A stretch of DNA of 64,000 nt from an uncultured Neptunomonas sp. GTDB lineage: Bacteria > Pseudomonadota > Gammaproteobacteria > Pseudomonadales > Balneatricaceae. Positions 55,707-64,000 of the stretch are shown here, piece after piece. The stretch lies in assembly GCA_963974645.1 (NCBI GenBank), contig CAXBEA010000007.1, forward strand, positions 191 to 64,190. Direction: 5' to 3'. How positions within the stretch are numbered: the first letter of the stretch is position 1; the number at the start of each line of letters is the position of its first letter. Position numbers and translations under genes: made by a program. The notes below the pieces were generated by a model that saw nothing but the letters and a program-made list of their open reading frames with translations, searched no databases and had not been told where the DNA came from.

Positions 55707-57725
55707 ATGATTCTCTATATCGCCGAAAAGCCCAGCCAGGGCCGCGCCATTGCGGCCGCACTGCCAAAACCACACCGCTCGGGTGACGGGTTTATCCAGG
55801 TGGGTGACGACTATGTCAGCTGGTGTATCGGTCATCTGCTGGAACAAGCAGAGCCCGATGCTTACGATCCGGCTTTTAAACAGTGGCAACTACAACACCT
55901 GCCAATAGTGCCTTCGCAATGGCAGTTGCAACCCAAGCCGAAGACCCGCAAACAGCTCAGCGTGCTACGTAAACTGGTCAAGCAGGCCGATCAGCTGGTG
56001 CATGCGGGCGATCCAGATCGCGAAGGTCAACTACTGGTCGACGAGCTGATCGGCTACCTTGGCGTATCGGCCGAAAAGCAGCGCCGGACCCAGCGTTTAC
56101 TCGTCAACGACCTCAATCCCAGCGCCATCAAGCGCTCACTGGCGGCGCTGCGCGAGAACCGAGACTTCATTCCACTCTCAGTATCAGCTTTGGCGCGATC
56201 CAGGGCCGACTGGCTCTATGGCATCAACCTCACCCGTGCCTATACGCTGCAAGGGCGCAAAGTCGGCTATCAAGGCGTCTTATCGGTTGGCAGGGTGCAA
56301 ACGCCGCTGCTGGGCTTGGTAGTGCGCCGCGATCTGACGATCGAGCAGTTTGTATCCAAACCCTTTTTTGAGGTGTGGGCTGAATTGGCTACCGCCGAAG
56401 GCGATAGCTTCAACGCCAAATGGCAGCCCAGCGAAGCCTGTCAGCGCTATCAGGACGACGAGGGAAGAGTCCTGTCACGCCCCCTGGCAGAAAATGTACT
56501 GCAGCGAATCAAGCAGAAATCGGCACGGGTGGTTCGTGTCAATAAGACCCTCAAGCGTCGGCTGCCGCCGCTACCCTACAACCTCTCGGCACTGCAGATC
56601 GATGCAGGAAAACGCTATGGCATGAGCGCGCAGCAGGTGCTGGATGGCTGCCAAGCACTCTATGAACGACACACCCTGATCACCTACCCGCGCTCGGATT
56701 GCCGCTATCTGCCTGTCGAGCACCATGCGCAGGCAGCCGCGGTGATCGGCGCAATCGTCGCTAACGCAGCCGAGCTGGGTTCAGCAGCTAAAGAGGCTGA
56801 CTTAGGGCTTAAAAGCAAAGCCTGGAACGATGCCCGGGTAGATGCCCACCACGCCATCATCCCGAGTCAAAAACGCACCGACTTATCCCGACTAAGTCGT
56901 CAGCAGCAGCAACTTTACAGCCTGATTGCGCGCCAGTATCTGTGCCAGTTTTATCCCCCTTATCAATACCATGAGACCGAGATTGAGGTTGAAATTGAAG
57001 GCGGGCGCTTTATTGCCAAGGCGCAGCAGATTCAGCAGCAGGGCTGGCAGGTTCTGTTTGAGAAAACGCGCCCTGACGCCGAGCAGCGTCCCTCTGCCAA
57101 AGCTGCAGACAGGGTTGAGCCTCGCACCCAGCTACCCGTCATCCAACTACCCGCCATCCAACAGGGTCAGCAGCTGGCGTGCAGCGGAGGTCGTCTAGAT
57201 GAAAAACAAACCCAGCCACCGGCCTACTTTACCGATGCCAGCCTGCTGGCGGCGATGACCGGCATTGCGCGTTTTGTCACAGCCCCGGAAATTCGCAAAG
57301 TGTTGAAAGATACCGACGGACTCGGAACAGAAGCGACTCGGGCGGGCATTATCGAGCTGCTGTTCAAACGCCGTTTCTTAGCCCGTCAGGGCAAACAGAT
57401 TCGCAGCACCCCGGCGGGTAGAGGGTTGATCGATTGCTTACCGGAACAGGCAACCACCCCGGATATGACAGCCCAATGGGAAGCGACGCTGGAAGCGATT
57501 AGCCAACGACAGGCCAACTACGAGGGGTTTATGCAGCCACTGATTAGCACCCTGCAATCACTGCTAGAGAGCGCAAAACAGACCCTACCGAGCGGCCTGA
57601 GTGGGCTACCTACCGAGACGAAAAGCAAGCCGCGACGCCGGCCAAGCAAAGCGCGCACATTGAAGCATTCACCCAAATCCCAGCCGAATGCCAAGCCAGG
57701 TCGGAAAACGAAAACGAAGGGCTGA
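55707..57725 (+). CDS. topB: DNA topoisomerase III
   Basis: MILYIAEKPSQGRAIAAALPKPH..GDGF..WCIGHLLEQAEPDAYD parallels E. coli TopB. Toprim motif DPDREGQ. Active-site Tyr context ITYPRSDCRYL. Lys-rich basic tail. Confidence 0.93.
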   Translation: MILYIAEKPSQGRAIAAALPKPHRSGDGFIQVGDDYVSWCIGHLLEQAEPDAYDPAFKQWQLQHLPIVPSQWQLQPKPKTRKQLSVLRKLVKQADQLVHAGDPDREGQLLVDELIGYLGVSAEKQRRTQRLLVNDLNPSAIKRSLAALRENRDFIPLSVSALARSRADWLYGINLTRAYTLQGRKVGYQGVLSVGRVQTPLLGLVVRRDLTIEQFVSKPFFEVWAELATAEGDSFNAKWQPSEACQRYQDDEGRVLSRPLAENVLQRIKQKSARVVRVNKTLKRRLPPLPYNLSALQIDAGKRYGMSAQQVLDGCQALYERHTLITYPRSDCRYLPVEHHAQAAAVIGAIVANAAELGSAAKEADLGLKSKAWNDARVDAHHAIIPSQKRTDLSRLSRQQQQLYSLIARQYLCQFYPPYQYHETEIEVEIEGGRFIAKAQQIQQQGWQVLFEKTRPDAEQRPSAKAADRVEPRTQLPVIQLPAIQQGQQLACSGGRLDEKQTQPPAYFTDASLLAAMTGIARFVTAPEIRKVLKDTDGLGTEATRAGIIELLFKRRFLARQGKQIRSTPAGRGLIDCLPEQATTPDMTAQWEATLEAISQRQANYEGFMQPLISTLQSLLESAKQTLPSGLSGLPTETKSKPRRRPSKARTLKHSPKSQPNAKPGRKTKTKG

Positions 57726-57759
57726 TTTCACTGTATTTTAATTTCGTCTGGTTTAGATT

Positions 57760-60417
57760 TCAAAGTGTTTTAAGCAGCGCCATCGCCGCTTCTTTTTCGG
57801 CGAAGGATCTCTCTTTCAAGCTCCGTAACCGGGTCACTGCCTCCTGCGTACGGGCATTCTTAGCCAGTGCCGCAGCATAGTGATACTGCACCGAATAATC
57901 CTCCGGCAGCTGCTGCGCCGCTTCGTTTAATAAGCCTAGTGCGCGCTGAGGATCGCTAGCCAATAGAATCCACCCCAGAGTATCGGTGACTGCGGCGATT
58001 TTCGGGGCCAGTTTATGCGCTTGCTCGGCAGCAACCAAGGCACGTGAGTCACCCTGAGACTGATATAGCCAAGCCAGATTATTCCAAGCCACCATATGCG
58101 TGGGCTGCTGCTCGGTTACCCGCTCGTAAGCGCTTATCGCTTCGAGGCTATCATCCCTTTGTTGCAGCAGGCCTGCCAGCAGTGATAGCGCAGCAACATC
58201 GTCTGGGTGACGCTCCAGGTGCGGTTTTAGAAACGCGATCGCCTCTGCCTCTCCCTTACTGACCGCGTAAATACGTGCCAGACGGAGCGTCGCATCCGAG
58301 ACGGGTCGAGCCTGGTACGCTTTAAGATACTCATCGATCGCTGCGGGGGTCTGCTTCAGAGCCTCGAAGGCTTGTCCCCTCAGTAGCGCCACACTCGGAT
58401 GGCCCTGTGCTTGCGCCGGCAACGCGCGACTCAGATCGAGTGCCTGTTGCGGTTGTTGCTGCGCCAGCCGCAGTTTGATTCGCGCTAGCTGCGCAGGGAT
58501 ATAATCGGGGTGTCGAATCAGCAGCTGATCGAGCTGAATGCTGGCGATAGCCGGCTCTCCCTGCGAGAAACTAAGATCTGCTTGCTGAAGCTTAAAAGAA
58601 GGTTCATCGGGCTGATCCTCGATGACCGTCTTAAGCAGTTGCTGTAACTGAACCCTATCCCCTAAACGCTGCAATACCGACAGATACAGTTGCGCCGCAT
58701 CTTTGGCGTTTCGATGCTGACGATAAAAACTAGCCGCTTGCTGCTCAGCCGTTTTGGAACGCCCCTCTGACAATGCGAGGCTAACCTGCCCCTGTAGCGC
58801 TCGAATATCATCGGGATCGGCTTCTTGCGCCTGACGGTACCACTCCTCTGCATCTCTAGGCGCCTGTTGCTGCAACGAGAGATAGGCCATACCCAGCAAT
58901 GCAGGTATGGATGCCTTATCTTTAGCCAATACCGCCTGCAGATGCTGCGTTGCCGCAGCCGGTTGCTGTAACTGCAGCTCCAACGCAGCAGCCATCAGCC
59001 GATAGACCGAATCTTCTGGAAAGCTCTGAATACGCCGCTGAAGCAGTGTACGCGCACTATCCAGGCGTTGCGCACTGAGGTAAGCACGTAACAGCAGCGC
59101 GTCCGTCTGCGGGTTAGCATCCTCCGCTGTTAACCCCTCTAACCGGCTAATTCCCGCCTCAAGGTCTCCGCTAAGCAGCTCTGACAACGCCAGTGGCCGG
59201 GCCAGTTCAGTACGCTCGCTTTGCGCCAAGGCCTGTTGGAAATACTCGCTGGCGGCAACCGCGTCGCCCTGGCGAAGACTTAGGGTGCCCGCTAACGCCA
59301 AGGCCTCTGCGCTGACGACATCGGCGTCCAGCAGCGGTGCCAAGGTCTGCTGCGCCTGAGTAAACTGACTCTGCTTGAGATGCAGCTGGGTTAGCGCTAA
59401 CCGTGACGGGGCATGCTCCGGATGGTTGGTCAGATTACGCGAGAGCTGCTGAGCGGCTTGAGCATCATGGCCCAACAGCAGATTGGCATAGCCGGTCAGG
59501 TGCAGCACCTCGGCCTGCTCGCCAAGCATCTGGCTCAGGGGATCGAGGATATCCTTTGCTTGTTGCGGTTTACCCGCCTTTAAATGCAACACCGCAGAGA
59601 TCAGCAGGGCATCGGGAAAGCGAGGTGCTAGGCTGAGCAGCTGGTCAAGGCTGACCCTTGCCGCATCGGTATCACCTTCAAGCAGCAACGCCTTAACCCG
59701 ACCCAGCAGAGCCAACGGCTGCGCCGGATTCAGGGCCAACACCTGATCAAAAGCCTGTTTGGCCGCGTCGGTTCGGCGTTGTTGCAAATACGCCTGCCCC
59801 CGGATCATCGTGGCCTCCGCAGCACCGCTAGGATCCAATTCTGCTTCCTCAAGCCGGGTTAAAGCGATAGCAGGAGTCTGCTGCAATAACGCCAAGCGCG
59901 CCAGGCTTAAACTGATCCGGGTTGATGGTTGTTGTGTCTGCGCTTGCCGGTATGCCGCTTCCGCCTCCGCAAATTGGCCCAAGGCGCTGTAGCTATGCCC
60001 CAGCAGCAGGTCTCGTTCGCTGCTGGCAACCTTGTCAGTAACGCTCAACGCCAGCAACTGCTCTACCACCTCCGCGTAGTGTCCTTGGCCAAAGCGACTA
60101 CGGATCAGCATCAATGCCAACCCTGGATCTTTCGAGTCTAATTGTTTAGCTCGGTTAAGCTCTTTCTCCGCGCCCTGGTACTGGCCGGTCTGTAGGTACA
60201 GGGTCCCGAGCAAGAGCCGCGCCTGGCTGTTGTCAGGCTCCTCACGAAGAAGGTTTTTCAACTGGATAATGGCCGCCTTGGGTTCACCCTGCTGCTGGTA
60301 CTGGAGTGCGTCCTGATAAAGATTCACGGCCTGAGCAAAGGGCGCCGTCATCGAGAAGAGTACCGATAAGAACAGCGACAGCGAAAGTAAGTTAAAAGCG
60401 CGAACACCCATGATCAA
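57760..60417 (-). CDS. Secreted multi-TPR protein, PrsT-like
   Basis: Signal peptide followed by about 20 TPR-like repeats. The N-terminal block (AAIIQLKNLLREEPDNSQARLLLGTLYLQTGQYQGAEKELNRAKQL) resembles PEP-CTERM-system PrsT proteins as I recall them. No XrtA or PEP-CTERM genes are in the window. Confidence 0.6.
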   Translation of the reverse strand: MIMGVRAFNLLSLSLFLSVLFSMTAPFAQAVNLYQDALQYQQQGEPKAAIIQLKNLLREEPDNSQARLLLGTLYLQTGQYQGAEKELNRAKQLDSKDPGLALMLIRSRFGQGHYAEVVEQLLALSVTDKVASSERDLLLGHSYSALGQFAEAEAAYRQAQTQQPSTRISLSLARLALLQQTPAIALTRLEEAELDPSGAAEATMIRGQAYLQQRRTDAAKQAFDQVLALNPAQPLALLGRVKALLLEGDTDAARVSLDQLLSLAPRFPDALLISAVLHLKAGKPQQAKDILDPLSQMLGEQAEVLHLTGYANLLLGHDAQAAQQLSRNLTNHPEHAPSRLALTQLHLKQSQFTQAQQTLAPLLDADVVSAEALALAGTLSLRQGDAVAASEYFQQALAQSERTELARPLALSELLSGDLEAGISRLEGLTAEDANPQTDALLLRAYLSAQRLDSARTLLQRRIQSFPEDSVYRLMAAALELQLQQPAAATQHLQAVLAKDKASIPALLGMAYLSLQQQAPRDAEEWYRQAQEADPDDIRALQGQVSLALSEGRSKTAEQQAASFYRQHRNAKDAAQLYLSVLQRLGDRVQLQQLLKTVIEDQPDEPSFKLQQADLSFSQGEPAIASIQLDQLLIRHPDYIPAQLARIKLRLAQQQPQQALDLSRALPAQAQGHPSVALLRGQAFEALKQTPAAIDEYLKAYQARPVSDATLRLARIYAVSKGEAEAIAFLKPHLERHPDDVAALSLLAGLLQQRDDSLEAISAYERVTEQQPTHMVAWNNLAWLYQSQGDSRALVAAEQAHKLAPKIAAVTDTLGWILLASDPQRALGLLNEAAQQLPEDYSVQYHYAAALAKNARTQEAVTRLRSLKERSFAEKEAAMALLKTL

Positions 60418-60577
60418 CTCTATCCGTGAGAGAAAAATACAGTGTAACCGAAGATAACCCGGCCTGCAGAGATCCCAACCACCCTAGAATCAGCGCTGGT
60501 TATCAGACTGTGACTAGAGATCTTTGCTAGCCCCCCATGCTAAGCTCGGCGGTTCACTTGATGAGGCTAAAACGACA

Positions 60578-61336
60578 GTGCGACGACGATCAACACGACT
60601 GATTATGTTCACTAGCCTGCTGCTGTCCATCAATCAAGCGACCGCAGCCTCGCTGCTGGTCGCCGTCGCTGCAAATTTCACCGCAGCATCACGCGAGATC
60701 GCTACCCGCTTTGAAGCCGATACCGGTCACTCGGTTAACATCAGTTACGGCTCGACCGGAAAGCTGTTTTCGCAGATTGAGCACGGTGCGCCGTTCGAGG
60801 TCTTTCTGGGCGCTGATAGCCTAATACCCGAAAAGGCGATCGACGCCGGTCTGGCGCTGAGCGACAGTCGCTTCAGCTATGCACGAGGAAAACTGGTACT
60901 CTGGAGCATCCAGCCGCAGTTGTTCGATAATCCCGAGAAGCTGCTGCTCCAGGCGACGTTCAAGCGCGCAGCCATCGCTAATCCCCGCACTTCGCCCTAT
61001 GGTCTAGCCGCACAACAGGTACTGCAGCACCTCGATATCTGGGAGATGCTCAAGCCTCAGCTGGCAGTTGGCGACTCTATCGCCCAGACGTTCCAATTTA
61101 TCGCAACCGGCAACGCCACCCTGGGCTTTGTCGCGCTGGCGCAGATCAAAGCCTGGAAGGGAGAACCCGGCAGCCTCTGGCTGGTTCCCGAGTCCTATTA
61201 CCAGCCTATTGATCAACAGGCCGTGCTGCTGAACAGGGGCCGGCATAACCCTGTCGCACACGAATTCCTGGAATTTTTGAAAGGTCCGGAAGCGCGGCGT
61301 ATTATCAGCGCCTACGGCTACAATCTACCTCTTTAG
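60578..61336 (+). CDS. modA: Molybdate ABC transporter periplasmic binding protein ModA
   Basis: [40 protein letters not shown] is typical of ModA. The GTG at 60578 gives a signal peptide with a basic n-region and has GAGG 10 nt upstream. The ATG at 60605 is the alternative, and the longest ORF starts at 60524. Confidence 0.85.
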   Translation: MRRRSTRLIMFTSLLLSINQATAASLLVAVAANFTAASREIATRFEADTGHSVNISYGSTGKLFSQIEHGAPFEVFLGADSLIPEKAIDAGLALSDSRFSYARGKLVLWSIQPQLFDNPEKLLLQATFKRAAIANPRTSPYGLAAQQVLQHLDIWEMLKPQLAVGDSIAQTFQFIATGNATLGFVALAQIKAWKGEPGSLWLVPESYYQPIDQQAVLLNRGRHNPVAHEFLEFLKGPEARRIISAYGYNLPL

Positions 61337-61346
61337 GAATCAAGCG

Positions 61347-62024
61347 ATGAGTTTCGACTGGGATCCGGTGCTGCTGACTCTCAAGCTTGCCAGCCTCACC
61401 ACGCTGATTTTGCTCGTCGTCGGCACCCCTATCGCCTGGTGGCTGGCGCGCACTCGACACTGGCTCAAGCAACCGCTGGCTGCCGTGGTGGCACTGCCGC
61501 TGGTGCTGCCTCCTACGGTGCTGGGGTTTTATCTGCTAATCCTGCTCGGCCCCCAGGGGCCTGTGGGTGAACTTACCCAAAGCCTAGGACTCGGCACGCT
61601 ACCCTTTACTTTTAGCGGACTGGTGTTGGCGTCGGTGATCTACTCCCTGCCCTTTGTGGTGCAACCGCTGCATAACGCCTTTGAAGCGATAGAAGAACGG
61701 ATGCTGGAAGTCGCGGCGACACTCCGCGCTCCACCCCTGGATCGTTTTTTTAGCGTTGTCCTGCCGCTCGCACGGCCCGGGTTTTTGACCGCCGCGGTGC
61801 TGGGATTTGCGCATACCGTCGGTGAGTTCGGCGTGGTGCTGATGATCGGCGGCAATATCCCCGGCGAAACCCGGGTTCTCTCGGTAGCCCTCTACGATCA
61901 TGTGGAGACACTTGACTACGACCAGGCTCACCTGCTCTCTGCCGGTATGCTCGGTTTCGCCTTTCTAGTGCTGCTAACCCTGTTCCTGGTTAATGGTCGC
62001 CTCAACAGGGAACCGCGGTCGTGA
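61347..62024 (+). CDS. modB: Molybdate ABC transporter permease ModB
   Basis: MalFG-type permease with an EAA-like loop ([25 protein letters not shown]). A 4-nt overlap with modC. Confidence 0.9.
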   Translation: MSFDWDPVLLTLKLASLTTLILLVVGTPIAWWLARTRHWLKQPLAAVVALPLVLPPTVLGFYLLILLGPQGPVGELTQSLGLGTLPFTFSGLVLASVIYSLPFVVQPLHNAFEAIEERMLEVAATLRAPPLDRFFSVVLPLARPGFLTAAVLGFAHTVGEFGVVLMIGGNIPGETRVLSVALYDHVETLDYDQAHLLSAGMLGFAFLVLLTLFLVNGRLNREPRS

Positions 62025-63115
62025 GTCTGAATGGGAATGCAAACGGAAGAGAGATCGAGGTCCGCTTCAAGACAGACCTTGCTGACTTCTGTCTTGATGT
62101 CGAGCTGCGACTTCCCGGACAGGGTGTAACTGCCATCTTCGGCCACTCAGGATCGGGTAAAACCCTCCTGCTACGTTGCATTGCCGGCTTGCATCGAGCC
62201 CAGGGCGAGCTACGCATCGGCGAATTCGTCTGGCAAGACGCCAGCCATTTTCAGCCCGTACACCGCCGTTCGCTCGCCTACGTCTTTCAAGAGGCTAGCC
62301 TATTCCCGCACCTGTCGGTCCAGCGCAACCTCGAATATGGCTACCGGCGCCTGCCAGCCCAGCAGCGTCGTATCAGTTTTGATCAGGCGGTAGAATGGCT
62401 AGGGTTGGAACGACTACTCAGGCGGATGCCCGATAAATTGTCGGGCGGTGAACGCCAACGTGTGGCAATCGCCAGGGCTCTGCTAACCAGTCCTGAACTG
62501 TTGCTGATGGATGAACCGCTATCGGCTCTAGATCAAACAAGCAAACGTGAGATACTGCCCTATCTGGAGCAACTTAATAGCAGCCTGTCGATTCCAGTTA
62601 TTTATGTCACTCATGCAGCCGATGAAGTAGCCCGCCTAGCCGATCATCTGGTAGTACTGGAGAAAGGTAAGGCGCTAGCCTGCGGTCCTTTGACCGAAAC
62701 CTTGGCGCGCTTGGATCTTCCAATCAGACAGGATGAAGACGCAGGTGTCGTGATCCAGGCAACCATTGTTGAACTCGATCAGCGCTGGCATTTGGCGCGT
62801 GCAACTTTTGCCGGCGGCAGTCTCTGGGTTAAAGACAACGGCCTGCCACTCGGCCAGCAGGTCCGTTTGCGCGTTTTGGCGCGCGATATCAGCCTGGCGA
62901 AAACGCGACATGAAGACCAGAGTACGCTTAATCTACTACCAGCCAGGGTCACCGATATAGCCAGCAATGACCACCCTGCCGTAGTGCTGGTGAAGGTGCT
63001 AGTGGATACCACCCCGCTGCTAGCTCGACTGACTGCGCGCTCAGTGGATGCACTCAGTCTAGCACCTGGCGAAGAGGTTTGGGTACAGGTAAAATCGGTC
63101 GCCGTACTGGATTAG
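62021..63115 (+). CDS. modC: Molybdate ABC transporter ATPase ModC with a C-terminal TOBE/Mop domain
   Basis: [29 protein letters not shown], and a C-terminal beta-rich segment of about 130 aa (..[22 protein letters not shown]). Confidence 0.9.
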   Translation: MSLNGNANGREIEVRFKTDLADFCLDVELRLPGQGVTAIFGHSGSGKTLLLRCIAGLHRAQGELRIGEFVWQDASHFQPVHRRSLAYVFQEASLFPHLSVQRNLEYGYRRLPAQQRRISFDQAVEWLGLERLLRRMPDKLSGGERQRVAIARALLTSPELLLMDEPLSALDQTSKREILPYLEQLNSSLSIPVIYVTHAADEVARLADHLVVLEKGKALACGPLTETLARLDLPIRQDEDAGVVIQATIVELDQRWHLARATFAGGSLWVKDNGLPLGQQVRLRVLARDISLAKTRHEDQSTLNLLPARVTDIASNDHPAVVLVKVLVDTTPLLARLTARSVDALSLAPGEEVWVQVKSVAVLD

Positions 63116-63219
63116 CCGCGACTATCGATTAATCGCTGTAAGAGAATTCAGGTCTAGATCACAAGCAACAGCTCAGACCACTGAGCTGCGAATTCATCAT
63201 CTAACTCTGGAACTCCGGT

Positions 63220-64000
63220 ATGGGCAGCTTCCTCGATACGCTAGCATTTTCCTTCTCGATTACCGGGCCTATCTTCGTCGTCTTGGCGCTTGGGGTACTG
63301 CTCAGTCGCCGCGGCATGATCAACGATAACTTTGTTGATATCGGCTCACGCCTGGTGTTCAACATTACCCTGCCTTCGCTACTTTTTATCAGTATTAGCC
63401 AGACCAGTATTGAACAGGCCGCCAATTTTAAACTTATCGGAGTCGGGCTGGTCGGCACTCTAATCGCTTATCTGCTATTAGAACTGATCGCTGCTCGCAG
63501 GGTATACCCGAGCACAGAGCGCGGCGTGGTGGTCCAGGGTGGCTTTCGTTCCAATATGGGTATTATCGGCCTGGCCTACTGTGTCAACGCCTACGGCGAT
63601 CAAGGGCTGGTCAGCGCATCGCTGTATCTGGCATTGGTGACAATACTGTTCAACATCCTCTCGGTGATCACTCTCAGTCGCTCGCTGAACCGAGGTGCTG
63701 GGGTGCGCGCAACGCTACTTGGCATCGCCAAAAACCCATTAATCCTGGGTATTCTTCTCGCCCTTCCGGTCGCCTGGCTCGGGATAGAGCTACCACAACT
63801 GGTTATTCGAACAGGTGAATACTTTGCTCACATGACCCTGCCGTTAGCCCTGATCTGTACCGGTGCCAGCCTCAACTTCGGCGCCCTGCGCCATAACCTA
63901 TCCAACGCGATGCTGGCGGCAACATTTAAGCTGATCGCCGTCCCCGCGCTGATCACCCTCGGGGGATTTCTGCTCGATTTCAGAGGGTTAGAATTGGGAA
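63220..64000 (+). CDS. AEC (auxin efflux carrier) family transporter, 3'-partial at the window edge
   Basis: My own translation from the ATG at 63220 gives MGSFLDTLAFSFSITGPIFVVLALGVLLSRRGMINDNFVDIGSRLVFNITLPSLLF.. This frame stays open to the end of the window. It is hydrophobic throughout, and the N-terminus is typical of the AEC family. This ORF is absent from the supplied track. Confidence 0.65.
   Translation, partial: MGSFLDTLAFSFSITGPIFVVLALGVLLSRRGMINDNFVDIGSRLVFNITLPSLLFISISQTSIEQAANFKLIGVGLVGTLIAYLLLELIAARRVYPSTERGVVVQGGFRSNMGIIGLAYCVNAYGDQGLVSASLYLALVTILFNILSVITLSRSLNRGAGVRATLLGIAKNPLILGILLALPVAWLGIELPQLVIRTGEYFAHMTLPLALICTGASLNFGALRHNLSNAMLAATFKLIAVPALITLGGFLLDFRGLELG

Noticed and set aside
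55578-55889. 103-aa minus-strand ORF overlapping the topB start
   Set aside because: It overlaps the well-supported topB N-terminus and the amtB terminator region. No motif or RBS.

Overview
This is a 64-kb chromosomal window from a moderately GC-rich gammaproteobacterium. The gene order (oxyR-recG overlap, rep, glnK-amtB, ureDABCEFG next to urtABCDE) looks Pseudomonas- or Oceanospirillales-like, but that taxon call is inference. From left to right:

- **1-312:** a nonsense-interrupted integrase fragment at the window edge.
- **0.4-13 kb, minus strand:** a nitrogen-scavenging block. It holds a Ni permease, ureGFE, ureCBA, ureD and urtEDCBA, with a sigma54/NtrC-type control region upstream of urtA.
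- **13.3-22.4 kb:** an accessory defence islet. Six translationally coupled genes run WYL regulator, hsdM, hsdS, HTH protein (orf339), Doc/Fic toxin, hsdR. hsdM carries an in-frame 21-bp tandem repeat.
- **22.7-30.2 kb:** ettA and a RIO-type kinase, whose convergent 3' ends have been duplicated. The copies are about 85-90 percent identical by eye. They bracket a MgtC/DUF4010 gene, a decayed IS110-family transposase, and a solitary 697-aa protein. That protein combines a SEC-C zinc motif, a long coiled coil and a C-terminal RelE/ParE-like toxin fold. I consider it the best candidate for something undescribed.
- **30-64 kb:** mostly housekeeping. It contains csp, a cupredoxin lipoprotein, a DsbA-like protein, DUF501, yfhL-type ferredoxin, coaD, an M48 peptidase, an RpiR regulator, a TonB receptor / SBP-like / hybrid kinase operon, elbB, an SDR, oxyR-recG, REP-like palindromes, rep, a GGDEF-EAL protein, comM/yifB, ubiK, glnK-amtB, topB, a PrsT-like TPR protein, modABC and a partial AEC transporter.

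I recognised no rRNA, tRNA or CRISPR array. All functional calls come from reading motifs in the supplied translations. No database search was run.
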